A stretch of DNA of 64,000 nt from Candidatus Oxydemutatoraceae bacterium (GCA_965223735.1 OZ245010.1:146273-210272), one strand, 5' to 3'. Counted from the stretch's first letter, positions 18,018 to 27,575 are shown. A program made the numbers and translations. The notes: a model not told the origin generated them from the sequence alone.

Positions 18018-18955
18018 AACGGTTTTTGGCGCAGGGCCGCGCGGCGGTGCGGGGGTTCACCTTGATTGAGGTGTTAGCTGTCGTGTTGCTGCTGAGTCTG
18101 CTCGCGACCGGCTACTACGGGCCGCAGTTGCTGTCTGAGACCCGGCGCATCAAGCGGATGCAGGCGGATGTCATCGCGCAGGAGATCTCGTCGCTCGGCG
18201 GCGCCGCGCAGGCGCATACATTGGCGAACGCCGGCGTCTGGCCGCGTCAGGATCATGATTGCCGGCAGGCGTACCAGGCGCTGACCGATCGGTTGCCGAG
18301 CGAGGCGTTCAGCCGCGACACCGCTTTTTACAGAGGACGCGCGCAGGAGGGTGCGCCGCAGTTTGCGCCCTCCGGTGAGCAGGCGTATATCGGGCGCTAT
18401 TACTTCGATTGCAGCGAGAATACGCAGGGCGAGCGCACTTTGTTCCGGGTGCGGCTGATCCTCGGCGGGGACGCTGCGGCGTGGGCCGAGTACATTGCAA
18501 ATCAACTGCCGAATTCGATTGTGACGGGCGGCGCCGAGGTACACGGTCTCGAGGTCGGCTGGCCACCGCCGTTAGCGTTGCCCGCGTTCGATGCGTTTGT
18601 CGCGAAGAATGACCCGGTATTTGAGGCGGACCTCGACGTGGATGGCCATTCAATCCTGGACGTCGGTGAGGTCATCCTCAGCAGCGGGCAGACGCTCGCG
18701 AGTTCATTGCAGTATGCGGGCATCGCCGCGCCCGGCAATGTTGTGGATAAACCCGGCTGTCCTCCGGGGCTGGCGCCGCAGGTGGTGACCGTGCCGGTCG
18801 AGGTCAGTCACACGGACACGCAGCCGATCACTTATTTCCGCACCTACGCTTCGGATATCGGCTCGGCATGGCGTATCAAGAGCGTGGTGTACGGCGCGCA
18901 CGGACAGTCCCACGACGGGCATGTGCGCGTCAGCGTGTTTACCTTGTGTTCATAA
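18014..18955 (+). CDS. Large minor pilin (313 aa), PilV-like candidate tip or adhesin subunit
   Basis: Class III signal MKRFLAQGRAAVRG|FTLIEVLAVVLLLSLL. GTGA overlap with the previous stop. Confidence 0.75.
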   Translation: MKRFLAQGRAAVRGFTLIEVLAVVLLLSLLATGYYGPQLLSETRRIKRMQADVIAQEISSLGGAAQAHTLANAGVWPRQDHDCRQAYQALTDRLPSEAFSRDTAFYRGRAQEGAPQFAPSGEQAYIGRYYFDCSENTQGERTLFRVRLILGGDAAAWAEYIANQLPNSIVTGGAEVHGLEVGWPPPLALPAFDAFVAKNDPVFEADLDVDGHSILDVGEVILSSGQTLASSLQYAGIAAPGNVVDKPGCPPGLAPQVVTVPVEVSHTDTQPITYFRTYASDIGSAWRIKSVVYGAHGQSHDGHVRVSVFTLCS

Positions 18956-18967
18956 AGGAGGTGTGTG

Positions 18968-19651
18968 ATGCGCATTAATTTGTATCAATTGGCTGCCGTC
19001 GCCGGGTTGCTGGCGTGTGGCTGGGCTGGCGGCGGCGAAGTTCTGGCGCCGCCGCTCGGGCGCTGCATAGCGGCACTGGCGGATGAGGGACAGTTCGGTA
19101 TCGAGACCTGCCGGGCGCAGCAAAAGCGCGAGGTGATCAGGCCCGGCGTGAATCGATGCGCGGCTTCGTCGCACGTTGTGCAGGGGCGGATCCGTTGCGG
19201 CAAGAGCGACGCGGCGACCACCGACGCAAACACCGGCACCAGTTTCAAGCTCTACCATCCGACCTTGAGTGCGCCGGTCTCGATCGGTGGCGTCAATAGT
19301 TTTTACGCTGGCAGGCACGCGGGAAAGAATAACCGTTTCCAAGTCCGGCTGCGCGGCGATAACAAACTTGCGGTCGCGGAAAAATCCACCGCTTCGAGCG
19401 AGGGCAATAACTGTATATTCCAGCCGGATGCCAATCAGTGCACCATCAGCACTAATTTTACCGGCAGGCGGCAGAAACAGACTCGGCGCTTTACCGCCTA
19501 CAAGTTGCAACTCGACGGCTTGCTGGTCGAAGAGGCCGTACAGACCAGACGGTGCGTGGTCTGTTCACCCTTCGGGTGTGCCGTTTCCTGCCTGAGGTAC
19601 GGCTTTTCTCCGCCTTCGCCCCCGACGGCAAAATTGTATCCGTGGAATTGA
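18968..19651 (+). CDS. Cys-rich predicted lipoprotein, hypothetical
   Basis: AAGGAGG RBS precedes ATG 18968. Lipobox MRINLYQLAAVAGLLAC is present. There are 13 Cys by my count of the 227-aa product. I recognise no family. Confidence 0.5.
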   Translation: MRINLYQLAAVAGLLACGWAGGGEVLAPPLGRCIAALADEGQFGIETCRAQQKREVIRPGVNRCAASSHVVQGRIRCGKSDAATTDANTGTSFKLYHPTLSAPVSIGGVNSFYAGRHAGKNNRFQVRLRGDNKLAVAEKSTASSEGNNCIFQPDANQCTISTNFTGRRQKQTRRFTAYKLQLDGLLVEEAVQTRRCVVCSPFGCAVSCLRYGFSPPSPPTAKLYPWN

Positions 19652-19657
19652 ACCGGC

Positions 19658-19686
19658 TTCCGTTTTGTTCCGTGGAGTGCTATTTT
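19658..19686 (+). promoter_or_regulatory. Possible rnpB promoter (extended -10)
   Basis: TGCTATTTT (TGn plus TATTTT, 19678-19686) lies about 6-8 nt upstream of the inferred RNase P RNA 5' end. The -35 element is weak. Confidence 0.3.
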
Positions 19687-19690
19687 GCAC

Positions 19691-20062
19691 GCGCGAGTCG
19701 GCTGAACGGTCGCCGCGCGGTCGTGCGACGGCCGGGCGGAGGAAAGTCCGGGCTCCATAAGGCAGGGTGCCAGGTAACGCCTGGAGAGCGCGAGCTCATG
19801 GAAAGTGCCACAGAAAATACACCGCCCGGCTTGTCGGGTAAGGGTGAAATGGTGCGGTAAGAGCGCACCGCGCCGGTGGCAACATCGGCGGCAGGGTAAA
19901 CCCCACCCGGTGCAAGGCTGAATAGGGAAGCCGTTCCGGTCTCCGGAGCCGTGTCGTCTGCACGGCGGGCTTCCGGGTAAGCCGCACGAGGCGCGTGGCG
20001 ACATGTGTCCCAGATGGATGACCGTTCTCGACAGAACCCGGCTTATAGGCCGACTCGTTCTT
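19691..20062 (+). ncRNA. rnpB: RNase P RNA, bacterial type A
   Basis: Universally conserved blocks are present: GGAGGAAAGTCCGGGCTCCATAAGGCAGGGTGCCAGGTAACGCCTGG, GGTAAGGGTGAAATGGTGCGGTAAGAGCGCACC and ACAGAACCCGGCTTAT. P1 pairing links 19693-19702 with 20049-20058. Ends are approximate to within a few nt. Confidence 0.92.
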
Positions 20063-20120
20063 TTAACTCACTGAATCTCAAAATTTTTCTTTCCCTATCG
20101 GGATTTCCCGGGGGATTTCA

Positions 20121-20194
20121 GCCGTGTGGTGTGAAAAAGTGGAAAAAAATAGTTTTTTTATATATGATAGTGGTAATTAGTGGGAGAAGAACGG
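20121..20194 (+). promoter_or_regulatory. dcw (mraZ) promoter/operator region with GTGG(G) direct repeats
   Basis: GTGG occurs at 20126, 20139, 20170 and 20180 (the last two 10 bp apart, AGTGGTAATTAGTGGG), flanking an AT-rich TATATGAT -10-like element. This resembles the reported MraZ-box repeat arrangement. Confidence 0.35.
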
Positions 20195-20659
20195 GTGGCT
20201 GTTCCGACATTCAAGGGTGTCAATCAGGTCAGTGTCGATGCCAAGGGGCGTATGGCGATGCCTTCAAAGTACCGGCAGATACTGCACGACCATTGTCAGG
20301 GGCAACTCATTATCACCGCCGACCGCGATGGTTGTCTGTTGGTGTACCCACTGCCGCAGTGGCCGGCGATTGAAGACCAACTGGTGAAACTGCCGAACAC
20401 CAGCAAGCCGGCGCGTTTCATGCAGAGGATTGTTCTCGGATATGCGACCGACTGTGTAATGGACTCACACGGTCGCTTCCTGTTGCCGCCGATGTTGCGC
20501 GAGTTTGCACGCATCAGCAGGCAAGCCGCCCTGATCGGGCAGGGACGGAAGTTCGAACTCTGGGATTACCAGAGTTGGAGCAGGCAGCGGGATGCCTGGA
20601 TGAAAAAAGAAAGTGACACAACGGAAGTGCACGAGGTTTTAGAAGCAGTTCGCCTGTAA
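20195..20659 (+). CDS. mraZ: Transcriptional regulator MraZ
   Basis: FKGVNQVSVDAKGRMAMPSKYR and a second SpoVT/AbrB-like repeat (DSHGRFLLPPMLREFA) are present. The start is GTG 20195 (RBS GGGAGAAG) or GTG 20180. Confidence 0.85.
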   Translation: MAVPTFKGVNQVSVDAKGRMAMPSKYRQILHDHCQGQLIITADRDGCLLVYPLPQWPAIEDQLVKLPNTSKPARFMQRIVLGYATDCVMDSHGRFLLPPMLREFARISRQAALIGQGRKFELWDYQSWSRQRDAWMKKESDTTEVHEVLEAVRL

Positions 20660-21604
20660 GTGAGTGATGGCCGGTCTCACGCGATGGTGCAGGCAAACGG
20701 CAACGGGCACCGGCCGGTGCTGCTCATGGCGGTTCTCGACGGCCTGCGGATCGTCCCCGACGGCTTTTACATTGACGCCACTTACGGGCGCGGCGGCCAC
20801 AGCGCGGCGATTCTCGAGCGTCTCGGGCCGGGCGGGCGCCTGCTCGCGTTTGACAAGGACGCCGAAGCCTGCGTGCACGCGCGCGCGCGGTTTGCGGATA
20901 ATCCGCGTTTCGACGTTCGTCACGAGTCCTTCACGCGCATCGCGCAATTGCGGGAGATGGGGATGACGTCGCCGGCCGGTATTTGCTTTGATCTCGGCGT
21001 GTCGTCACCGCAACTCGATAACGCGCAGCGCGGGTTCAGTTTTCTGCACGACGGTCCTCTCGATATGCGCATGGACATCACGACCGGTGTCGGCGCCGCC
21101 GAATGGCTGAATACTGCATCCGCGCGTGAGATTGAACATGTACTCAAAGAGTATGGGGAAGAACGCCAGGCGGCAAAGATCGCCAATGCCATCTCGAGTG
21201 GCCCCCCCCTCCGGACCACCTGGGAATTGGCGAACCTGGTTGCGAGTGTGTCGGATCGCCGGCCTTCCGGCAAGCATCCGGCCACTCGCACCTTTTTGGC
21301 AATAAGGCTTTATATCAATCGCGAGCTCGAGGAACTCCGGGAGGCGCTTGCAACCGCGGTGACCCTGCTGTGCAGCGGCGGGCGCCTCGCGGTGATCAGC
21401 TTTCATTCGCTTGAAGACCGCATCGTCAAGCGTTGCATACACGAACACAGCACCCCCCGGTATTCGCAGTTAACCGGGCAACCGCTGCCCGACGCCGGTG
21501 CGGTGCTGCGCAAGATCGGCAGGCCGGCGCGGGCGAATGCGCGTGAAGCTGTGACCAACCCGCGTTCGCGCAGTGCGCTGTTGCGGGTGGCGGAGAAAAT
21601 ATGA
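20660..21604 (+). CDS. rsmH: 16S rRNA (cytosine1402-N4)-methyltransferase
   Basis: Motifs HRPVLL, DATYGRGGHS and GVSSPQLD are present. The gene is positioned after mraZ. Confidence 0.9.
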   Translation: MSDGRSHAMVQANGNGHRPVLLMAVLDGLRIVPDGFYIDATYGRGGHSAAILERLGPGGRLLAFDKDAEACVHARARFADNPRFDVRHESFTRIAQLREMGMTSPAGICFDLGVSSPQLDNAQRGFSFLHDGPLDMRMDITTGVGAAEWLNTASAREIEHVLKEYGEERQAAKIANAISSGPPLRTTWELANLVASVSDRRPSGKHPATRTFLAIRLYINRELEELREALATAVTLLCSGGRLAVISFHSLEDRIVKRCIHEHSTPRYSQLTGQPLPDAGAVLRKIGRPARANAREAVTNPRSRSALLRVAEKI

Positions 21605-21617
21605 AGGAGCGTTGCCG

Positions 21618-21902
21618 GTGCGGCGTAAGCGAATAGCGTTGGTGTTGCTGGTGGCGGTGGTGATCTCCTCATCTTTCGGCGTCGTGATAACCCGGCATCA
21701 CGTACGCATGGCATTCATTCATTCCGAGGAGTTGCTCAGGCAGCAGGACGAACTGCATCTGCGTTGGGAAAGCCTGCAACTTGAGCACGGCGCGTTGCTT
21801 ACTGAAAGCCGGGTTGAGACCATCGCTAAAAACCGACTCGGCATGAAAACGCCAGCGCGCGATGAGATCGTAACCCTGATGGTGGAGGGCGGCGAAATAT
21901 GA
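21618..21902 (+). CDS. ftsL: Cell division protein FtsL
   Basis: GAAGGAG RBS precedes GTG 21618. It is a small bitopic protein (RRKRIALVLLVAVVISSSFGVV) followed by a leucine-zipper-like segment, positioned between rsmH and ftsI. Confidence 0.75.
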   Translation: MRRKRIALVLLVAVVISSSFGVVITRHHVRMAFIHSEELLRQQDELHLRWESLQLEHGALLTESRVETIAKNRLGMKTPARDEIVTLMVEGGEI

Positions 21903-23611
21903 TCGCAACGCGCGACGACCGGACCAGTAGCGGACGGCGGCTTTTTGCGCTGCTGGTTTTCATTGCGGCGGCGTTGGCGCTGTTGGGGCGCGCGGTGCAT
22001 TTACAGCATTACCAGCGCGGAGAGATGCAGCGCGAAGCCGACAATCGTCATCTGCGCACGGTCGTGATCCCGGCGCACCGGAACATGATCACCGACAGGA
22101 ACGGTGAACCGCTTGCGATCAGCACGCCGGTATATGCCGCGTCGGTCAATCCCGCCGAATTTGATTTTGACGGCGACGCGGTTCGGCGGCTTGCGGATAC
22201 GCTCGATCTCGACGCCGCCGCGTTACGGGCGCGGCTCGAGCGAAGGAAAAACAAGCACTTCGTTTACGTCAAGCGCCATATCAATCCGAGCGTCGGGGAG
22301 AAAATACGCGCTCTGGAATTGCCGGGGGTTGATCTGCTGCGTGAATACCGGCGCTTTTATCCGATGAGCGAAGCCGCCGCGCACCTGATCGGGGTTACCA
22401 ATATAGACGACGTCGGCATCGAGGGGATTGAAAAAGAGTTCGAAAACGTCTTCCGCGGCATTCCCGGTAGAAAGCGTGTGCTGCGCGACCTTTACGGGCG
22501 CCCGGTCGAGCACGTCGAATTGATCTCGGCGCCGAAGCCGGGCAGGCGGCTGGCGCTGACGGTGGACCGCAACATTCAATATCACGCCTACCGCGCGTTG
22601 AAAACCGCGGTGAAAAAGCACAATGCGCGTTCGGGGTCGGCGGTGTTGATGGACGTGCAGAGCGGCGAGATCCTGGCAATCGTAAATCAGCCTTCCTTCA
22701 ACCCGAATACGCGTGAATTCATCCCGGAACACCGGCGCAACCGGGCGCTGACCGACGAATTCGAGCCGGGCTCGACGGTTAAGCCGTTCGTCGCGGCGTC
22801 TTTGCTCGACGGCGGACATATTTCGCCGGATGCGACGATTGACACTGCGCCGGGCTATTACAAGATCTCCGGCGGAACGATCGTCGATATCAACAATTAC
22901 GGTGCGCTGACGTTGCCCGAGGTCATTATCAAGTCGAGCAACGTCGGCATCAGCAAGGCGGCGGCGATGATGCCCGCCGGGCAGTTGTGGCGGAACCTGC
23001 GAAAGCTGGGATTCGGGCAGATACCGGGTACCGGTTTTCCCGGTGAAGCCGCCGGCAGGCTGCCGCACTACATCGACTGGCGCGACCTTGACCGAGCGGT
23101 CCTGTCGTACGGCTACGGAATGTCGGTTTCGCTGTTGCAACTGGCGTACGCCTACACCGTGTTTGCCAACGAGGGCTGGCGTCCGCCGCTGAGTTTGGTG
23201 AAGGGGGTGCAGGCGTCGCAAAAAACGCAGGTGTTCTCGCCTGAGACGGCGCGCACGATGAGGCGTATTCTTGAACAGGTTGTCGGCGGTCAGGGTACCG
23301 GTCGGCGCGCCAGGGTGGAAGGTTTCACCACCGCCGGTAAGACCGGCACCATTCACAAGAACAGAAGCGGCTCGTATATAGAGGAGGAATACCTGTCGCT
23401 GTTCGTCGGTTTTGCGCCGGTGCGAAACCCGCGCCTGGTGGCGGCGGTGATGATTGACACGCCGGTGGGCGGCGAGTACTTCGGAGGCGCGGTGGCGGCA
23501 CCGGTGTTTTCCGAGATTATGAAAAACGGATTGAGGCGTCTCGGCATTCCCGAGGATGAGTTTTCTCCCCGGACGCATGGCTATGCGCAGTACAAGCCGG
23601 CAGATGAATGA
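21899..23611 (+). CDS. ftsI: Peptidoglycan D,D-transpeptidase FtsI (PBP3)
   Basis: STVKP (SxxK), SSN and KTGT motifs are present. ATGA overlap with ftsL. Confidence 0.9.
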   Translation: MIATRDDRTSSGRRLFALLVFIAAALALLGRAVHLQHYQRGEMQREADNRHLRTVVIPAHRNMITDRNGEPLAISTPVYAASVNPAEFDFDGDAVRRLADTLDLDAAALRARLERRKNKHFVYVKRHINPSVGEKIRALELPGVDLLREYRRFYPMSEAAAHLIGVTNIDDVGIEGIEKEFENVFRGIPGRKRVLRDLYGRPVEHVELISAPKPGRRLALTVDRNIQYHAYRALKTAVKKHNARSGSAVLMDVQSGEILAIVNQPSFNPNTREFIPEHRRNRALTDEFEPGSTVKPFVAASLLDGGHISPDATIDTAPGYYKISGGTIVDINNYGALTLPEVIIKSSNVGISKAAAMMPAGQLWRNLRKLGFGQIPGTGFPGEAAGRLPHYIDWRDLDRAVLSYGYGMSVSLLQLAYAYTVFANEGWRPPLSLVKGVQASQKTQVFSPETARTMRRILEQVVGGQGTGRRARVEGFTTAGKTGTIHKNRSGSYIEEEYLSLFVGFAPVRNPRLVAAVMIDTPVGGEYFGGAVAAPVFSEIMKNGLRRLGIPEDEFSPRTHGYAQYKPADE

Positions 23612-25128
23612 GCGTCCCGTCGGAGCTTGCCCCCCGGAAATTTCCCCCCAGGGAGCTGAGTATGCTGCTTGATGGATTGACTGCGGCAAAAGTGCAGGGC
23701 GGCGTGCCGGTTCACGGTCTCGCCGGTCACAGCCGCGAGGTGCGTTCGCGTGATTTGTTCGTCGCCCTTCGGGGACGGTGCTTTGACGGGTTTGAATTTT
23801 TACCCGAGGTGGCCGCGCGCGGTGCCGTGGCGGCAGTCTGCGACGCCACGGCCTCAACCCGGGACGCGGCGGTTGACATCCCGGTGATACCCGTCGCGGA
23901 ACTCGCGCACAAGATCGGGGTGATCGCCGATCGTTTTTTTGCCCATCCGTCCGCGGACATGCGAGTGACCGCCGTTACCGGCACCGATGGCAAGACCTCG
24001 GTGGCGCATTTGATCGCTGAAGCCCTGCGGCTCAGGCACGGCGACTGCGGCCTGATCGGCACGCTGGGTTACGGGCGTTTTGACGAACTGCACCCGGGCG
24101 CGACGACGACGCCCGACGCGATCCGGATGCACCGGGAACTGCACTCGCTGAAAGCACAGGGGATTTTCGACGTTGTGCTCGAAGCGTCTTCTCACGGGCT
24201 CGATCAGGGGCGTCTCGTCGGCGTTGACGTTGACGTGGCGGTATTCACCAATCTCGCCCGCGACCATCTCGACTATCACGCGTCGCACGCGGAGTATGCG
24301 GCGGCCAAGGATAAGCTGTTTGCGCCCGGCGCGCTTGGGTGTGCGGTGATCAATGTCGGCGATCAGTTTGGGCGCGGACTCGCGCGACGGTGCCGGCGGC
24401 ACTGTGAAGTTACCACTTACGCACTCGATGGGGATGCCGGGTCCGGCGCCGGGGCTGACATCGCCGCCGTCGAGGTCGCGAGCGGTCCCAGCGGCCTCAC
24501 GGTCAGGTTACGCGCGCGCGGCGAGACCGCGGTGATTGAAAGCGCCCTGATCGGGCGCTTCAATGCGGCCAACCTGCTCGCGGCGTTTGCAGCGCTGCTC
24601 GTGCGGGGGGCCTCACCCGCCGAGGCGGCGAGGCTGTTGTCGCGTGCCCGCCCGGTGCGCGGGCGAATGCAGCGCATCACCGTCGCCGGCCGTCATGCGG
24701 TCGTTGATTACGCGCACACGCCGCACGCGCTCGAAAGCGTTTTACGCGCGTGCCGTGAGATCACTGCGGGGCGATTGTTGTGCGTGTTCGGTTGCGGCGG
24801 CGACCGCGACCGGGGCAAGCGCGCGTTGATGGGTGAAGCCGCTTCGCGCTTGGCCGACTTTGTGGTGATCAGCGACGACAATCCCAGAAGCGAAGATCCG
24901 GCGGGCATCGTTGCGGATATTGAGGGCGGTGTCGTCGCGGGTGCCGCGGTTGAAGTGATCCACGATCGTGCGCAGGCAATCCGCCGCGCGTTGTCCCTCG
25001 CCGCGCCCGGCGACTGTGTGGTGATTGCCGGCAAGGGGCACGAGATATTTCAGACGGTCGGCGGCGAGCGTCTGCCGTTTGACGACGCGCAGGTCATTCG
25101 CGCTGCGGCGAAGGAGACGAACGCGTGA
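23608..25128 (+). CDS. murE: UDP-N-acetylmuramoyl-L-alanyl-D-glutamate-2,6-diaminopimelate ligase
   Basis: Mur ligase P-loop VTGTDGKTS and a DNPR motif near the C-terminus are present. Position in the dcw cluster fits, and the start overlaps the ftsI stop. Confidence 0.9.
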   Translation: MSVPSELAPRKFPPRELSMLLDGLTAAKVQGGVPVHGLAGHSREVRSRDLFVALRGRCFDGFEFLPEVAARGAVAAVCDATASTRDAAVDIPVIPVAELAHKIGVIADRFFAHPSADMRVTAVTGTDGKTSVAHLIAEALRLRHGDCGLIGTLGYGRFDELHPGATTTPDAIRMHRELHSLKAQGIFDVVLEASSHGLDQGRLVGVDVDVAVFTNLARDHLDYHASHAEYAAAKDKLFAPGALGCAVINVGDQFGRGLARRCRRHCEVTTYALDGDAGSGAGADIAAVEVASGPSGLTVRLRARGETAVIESALIGRFNAANLLAAFAALLVRGASPAEAARLLSRARPVRGRMQRITVAGRHAVVDYAHTPHALESVLRACREITAGRLLCVFGCGGDRDRGKRALMGEAASRLADFVVISDDNPRSEDPAGIVADIEGGVVAGAAVEVIHDRAQAIRRALSLAAPGDCVVIAGKGHEIFQTVGGERLPFDDAQVIRAAAKETNA

Positions 25129-26492
25129 GTTGGCTCGCGCTCAGCGAGATCAGTTTGATGTTGGGCGGTGTGTTGCACGGCGAGGATCGCATGGTGTGCG
25201 GCGTCGGTATCGACAGCCGCAGCCTGCGGGCGCGGGAACTGTTCATCGCCCTGCGCGGAGAGCGCTTTGACGGCCATGATTTCGTTGTCGCGGGCGGCGA
25301 GCGCGGCGCTGCGGGTGCGATGGTCGAGCGCGGCGTGGATGCGTCGTTGCCGCAGATACTGGTCGAGGATACGTTTGCAGGACTGACCGATTTCGCCGCC
25401 GCCTGGCGCGGGCGTTGCCGTCCGGCGATGGTCGCGTTGACCGGCAGCAACGGCAAAACCACGACCCGGGCGATGCTGGTGTCGGTGCTTGGGCGGCGCC
25501 TGAAGGTGCTGGCGACGCACGGCAACCTGAACAACCACATCGGTGTGCCGCTGACCTTGCTCGCTTTGCGCGAAGAGCATCAGGCGGCGGTGATTGAACT
25601 CGGCGCCAGCCATCCCGGTGAAATTCTGCGTCTCGGTGAACTGGTGCGGCCTGCGGTGGCTCTGGTGCTCAACGCCGGACCCGCGCATCTCGAAGGTTTC
25701 GGCAGCGTTGACGGTGTTGCCCGCGCCAAGGGCGAGTTGTTTGAAACCCTGCCCGAAGACGGCGTCGGTGTTGTCAATGCCGACGACGCTTATGCCGACT
25801 ACTGGTGCGATTTGCTGAAGCGGCGGCGCACGGTCACCTTCGGGCTTGATTGCGCCGCCGGGGTTGACGTCGGCGGGCGGCTTTCGGATCGGGGAATGGA
25901 GATTGTCATTGAAGGCGAGGCGAGGTGTTTGCATCCGGCACTGCCCGGCAGGCACAACTTGCGCAACGCGCTGGCCGCCGCTGCCGTTGCCTACAGCCTG
26001 GACGTCGGTTTTGACGACATCATCGCTGGTCTCGAAGCAGTGCGGGCGGTACCGGGGCGCCTGTGCGCGCTCGCGGGCGTCGGCGGGATGCAGTTGCTCG
26101 ACGACAGTTATAACGCCAACCCAGGATCGCTCGAAGCGGCGCTTGAGACGCTCGGTGAATATGGCGGCGAGCGCTGGCTCGTGTTGGGCGACATGGCTGA
26201 ACTCGGCGCCGACGCAATGCGTTGGCACATCAAGGCCGGGCGTTGCGCCGCGCGCTGCGGTGTTGCGCGTCTGTTTACGCTGGGTGCGCTGTCGCGTGCG
26301 GCGGCGGACGGGTTTGACGGCACGGCCGAATGTTTCGATTCGTGCGAGGCGCTGATCGCGCGCCTGGCGGCGGCGTTGCGCGAAACCGACGCGCCGGGCG
26401 TGACGATATTGGTCAAGGGGTCGCGTTCGGCGCGCATGGAACGGGTGGTGCAGACGCTGTCGGCGCCGTACGAGGAGAGCCGCAAATGCTGA
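25125..26492 (+). CDS. murF: UDP-N-acetylmuramoyl-tripeptide-D-alanyl-D-alanine ligase
   Basis: Mur ligase P-loop LTGSNGKTT is present. GTGA overlap with murE, and dcw position fits. Confidence 0.9.
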   Translation: MSWLALSEISLMLGGVLHGEDRMVCGVGIDSRSLRARELFIALRGERFDGHDFVVAGGERGAAGAMVERGVDASLPQILVEDTFAGLTDFAAAWRGRCRPAMVALTGSNGKTTTRAMLVSVLGRRLKVLATHGNLNNHIGVPLTLLALREEHQAAVIELGASHPGEILRLGELVRPAVALVLNAGPAHLEGFGSVDGVARAKGELFETLPEDGVGVVNADDAYADYWCDLLKRRRTVTFGLDCAAGVDVGGRLSDRGMEIVIEGEARCLHPALPGRHNLRNALAAAAVAYSLDVGFDDIIAGLEAVRAVPGRLCALAGVGGMQLLDDSYNANPGSLEAALETLGEYGGERWLVLGDMAELGADAMRWHIKAGRCAARCGVARLFTLGALSRAAADGFDGTAECFDSCEALIARLAAALRETDAPGVTILVKGSRSARMERVVQTLSAPYEESRKC

Positions 26493-27568
26493 TGTACTTC
26501 GCTGAATATCTAACGCAGTTTCACAGCGGGTTCAACGTGTTCCAATACATCACGCTGCGCGGCGTGATGGGTGTGCTGACCGCGCTCCTCGTCAGCTTTA
26601 TCGCCGGGCCTTTCATTATTTCCAAACTGACGCATCTGCGGATCGGGCAGAATATCCGCGACGAGGGTCCCGCGTCGCATATCGTCAAGAGTGGCACGCC
26701 GACGATGGGCGGTTCCCTGATCCTGGTCGCAGTCCTGTTGAGCACCGTTTTGTGGGCCGACGTGTTCAACCGTTACGTGATCCTCACCCTGTTTGCATTG
26801 CTGCTGTTCGGCGTTATCGGCGGCGTTGACGACGTGCTCAAGCTGCGTCGGGGCGACAGCGGGGGGCTCGCGATCCGGCATAAGTTCCTGTTGCAGTCGG
26901 TCGTCGGCATGATTGTCGTGTTCGCGATCTACCGCACCGCGGAGTTGCCGGCGGAGACGCAATTGGTCGTGCCGTTCGTCAAGGAACTGATGATCGACAT
27001 GGGGCCGTGGTTCATGGTACTCGCCTATTTCACGATCGTCGGGTCGAGCAACGCGGTCAACCTGACCGACGGTCTCGACGGCCTTGCGATCATGCCGACG
27101 GTGCTGATCGCGGCGGCGCTCAGTGTCTTTGCCTATGCCAGCGGACACGCCGCTTTTTCCGAATATCTCACAATTCCCCATTTGCCGATGGCCGGGGAAC
27201 TCGTGGTCTTTTGCGGGGCGGTCATCGGGGCGGGACTTGGTTTCCTGTGGTTCAACACGTATCCGGCGCAGGTGTTCATGGGCGACGTCGGCTCGATCGC
27301 GCTGGGCGCCGCAATCGGAATCGTCGCCGTGCTGGTGAGGCAGGAACTGGTGTTTGCGGTGATGGGAGGCATCTTCGTGATCGAGACCCTGTCGGTGATC
27401 ATTCAGGTGGCGTCTTACCGGATGACCGGCAATCGAGTGTTCCGTATGGCGCCGATACACCATCATCTTGAACTGCACGGCTGGGCGGAGCCGAAGATCA
27501 TCGTGCGCTTCTGGATCATCACGGTAATCCTGGTGCTGATCGGGCTGGCTACCCTGAAGATCAGGTAG
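26486..27568 (+). CDS. mraY: Phospho-N-acetylmuramoyl-pentapeptide transferase
   Basis: N-terminus reads [38 protein letters not shown] and the MAPIHHHLE(L) motif are present. The ORF call from 26330 overlaps murF. Confidence 0.95.
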   Translation: MLMYFAEYLTQFHSGFNVFQYITLRGVMGVLTALLVSFIAGPFIISKLTHLRIGQNIRDEGPASHIVKSGTPTMGGSLILVAVLLSTVLWADVFNRYVILTLFALLLFGVIGGVDDVLKLRRGDSGGLAIRHKFLLQSVVGMIVVFAIYRTAELPAETQLVVPFVKELMIDMGPWFMVLAYFTIVGSSNAVNLTDGLDGLAIMPTVLIAAALSVFAYASGHAAFSEYLTIPHLPMAGELVVFCGAVIGAGLGFLWFNTYPAQVFMGDVGSIALGAAIGIVAVLVRQELVFAVMGGIFVIETLSVIIQVASYRMTGNRVFRMAPIHHHLELHGWAEPKIIVRFWIITVILVLIGLATLKIR

Positions 27569-27575
27569 GGACGCG

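Noticed and set aside
6411-19651. tRNA-Thr as the attachment site of a genomic island covering ogt, SBP56 and the pilus operon
   Set aside because: The window has no integrase or excisionase. I found no direct repeat of the tRNA 3' end downstream; only a 7-nt chance match (CAAGTCC) near 19340. G+C is similar to the core.
19498-20004. ORFs overlapping 19.5-20.0 kb (19498-20004 -, 19552-19860 +, 19680-19868 -, 19796-19987 -)
   Set aside because: The region is the RNase P RNA gene on the plus strand, with conserved P4, P10-12 and P15 blocks plus P1 pairing. The ORFs are spurious.
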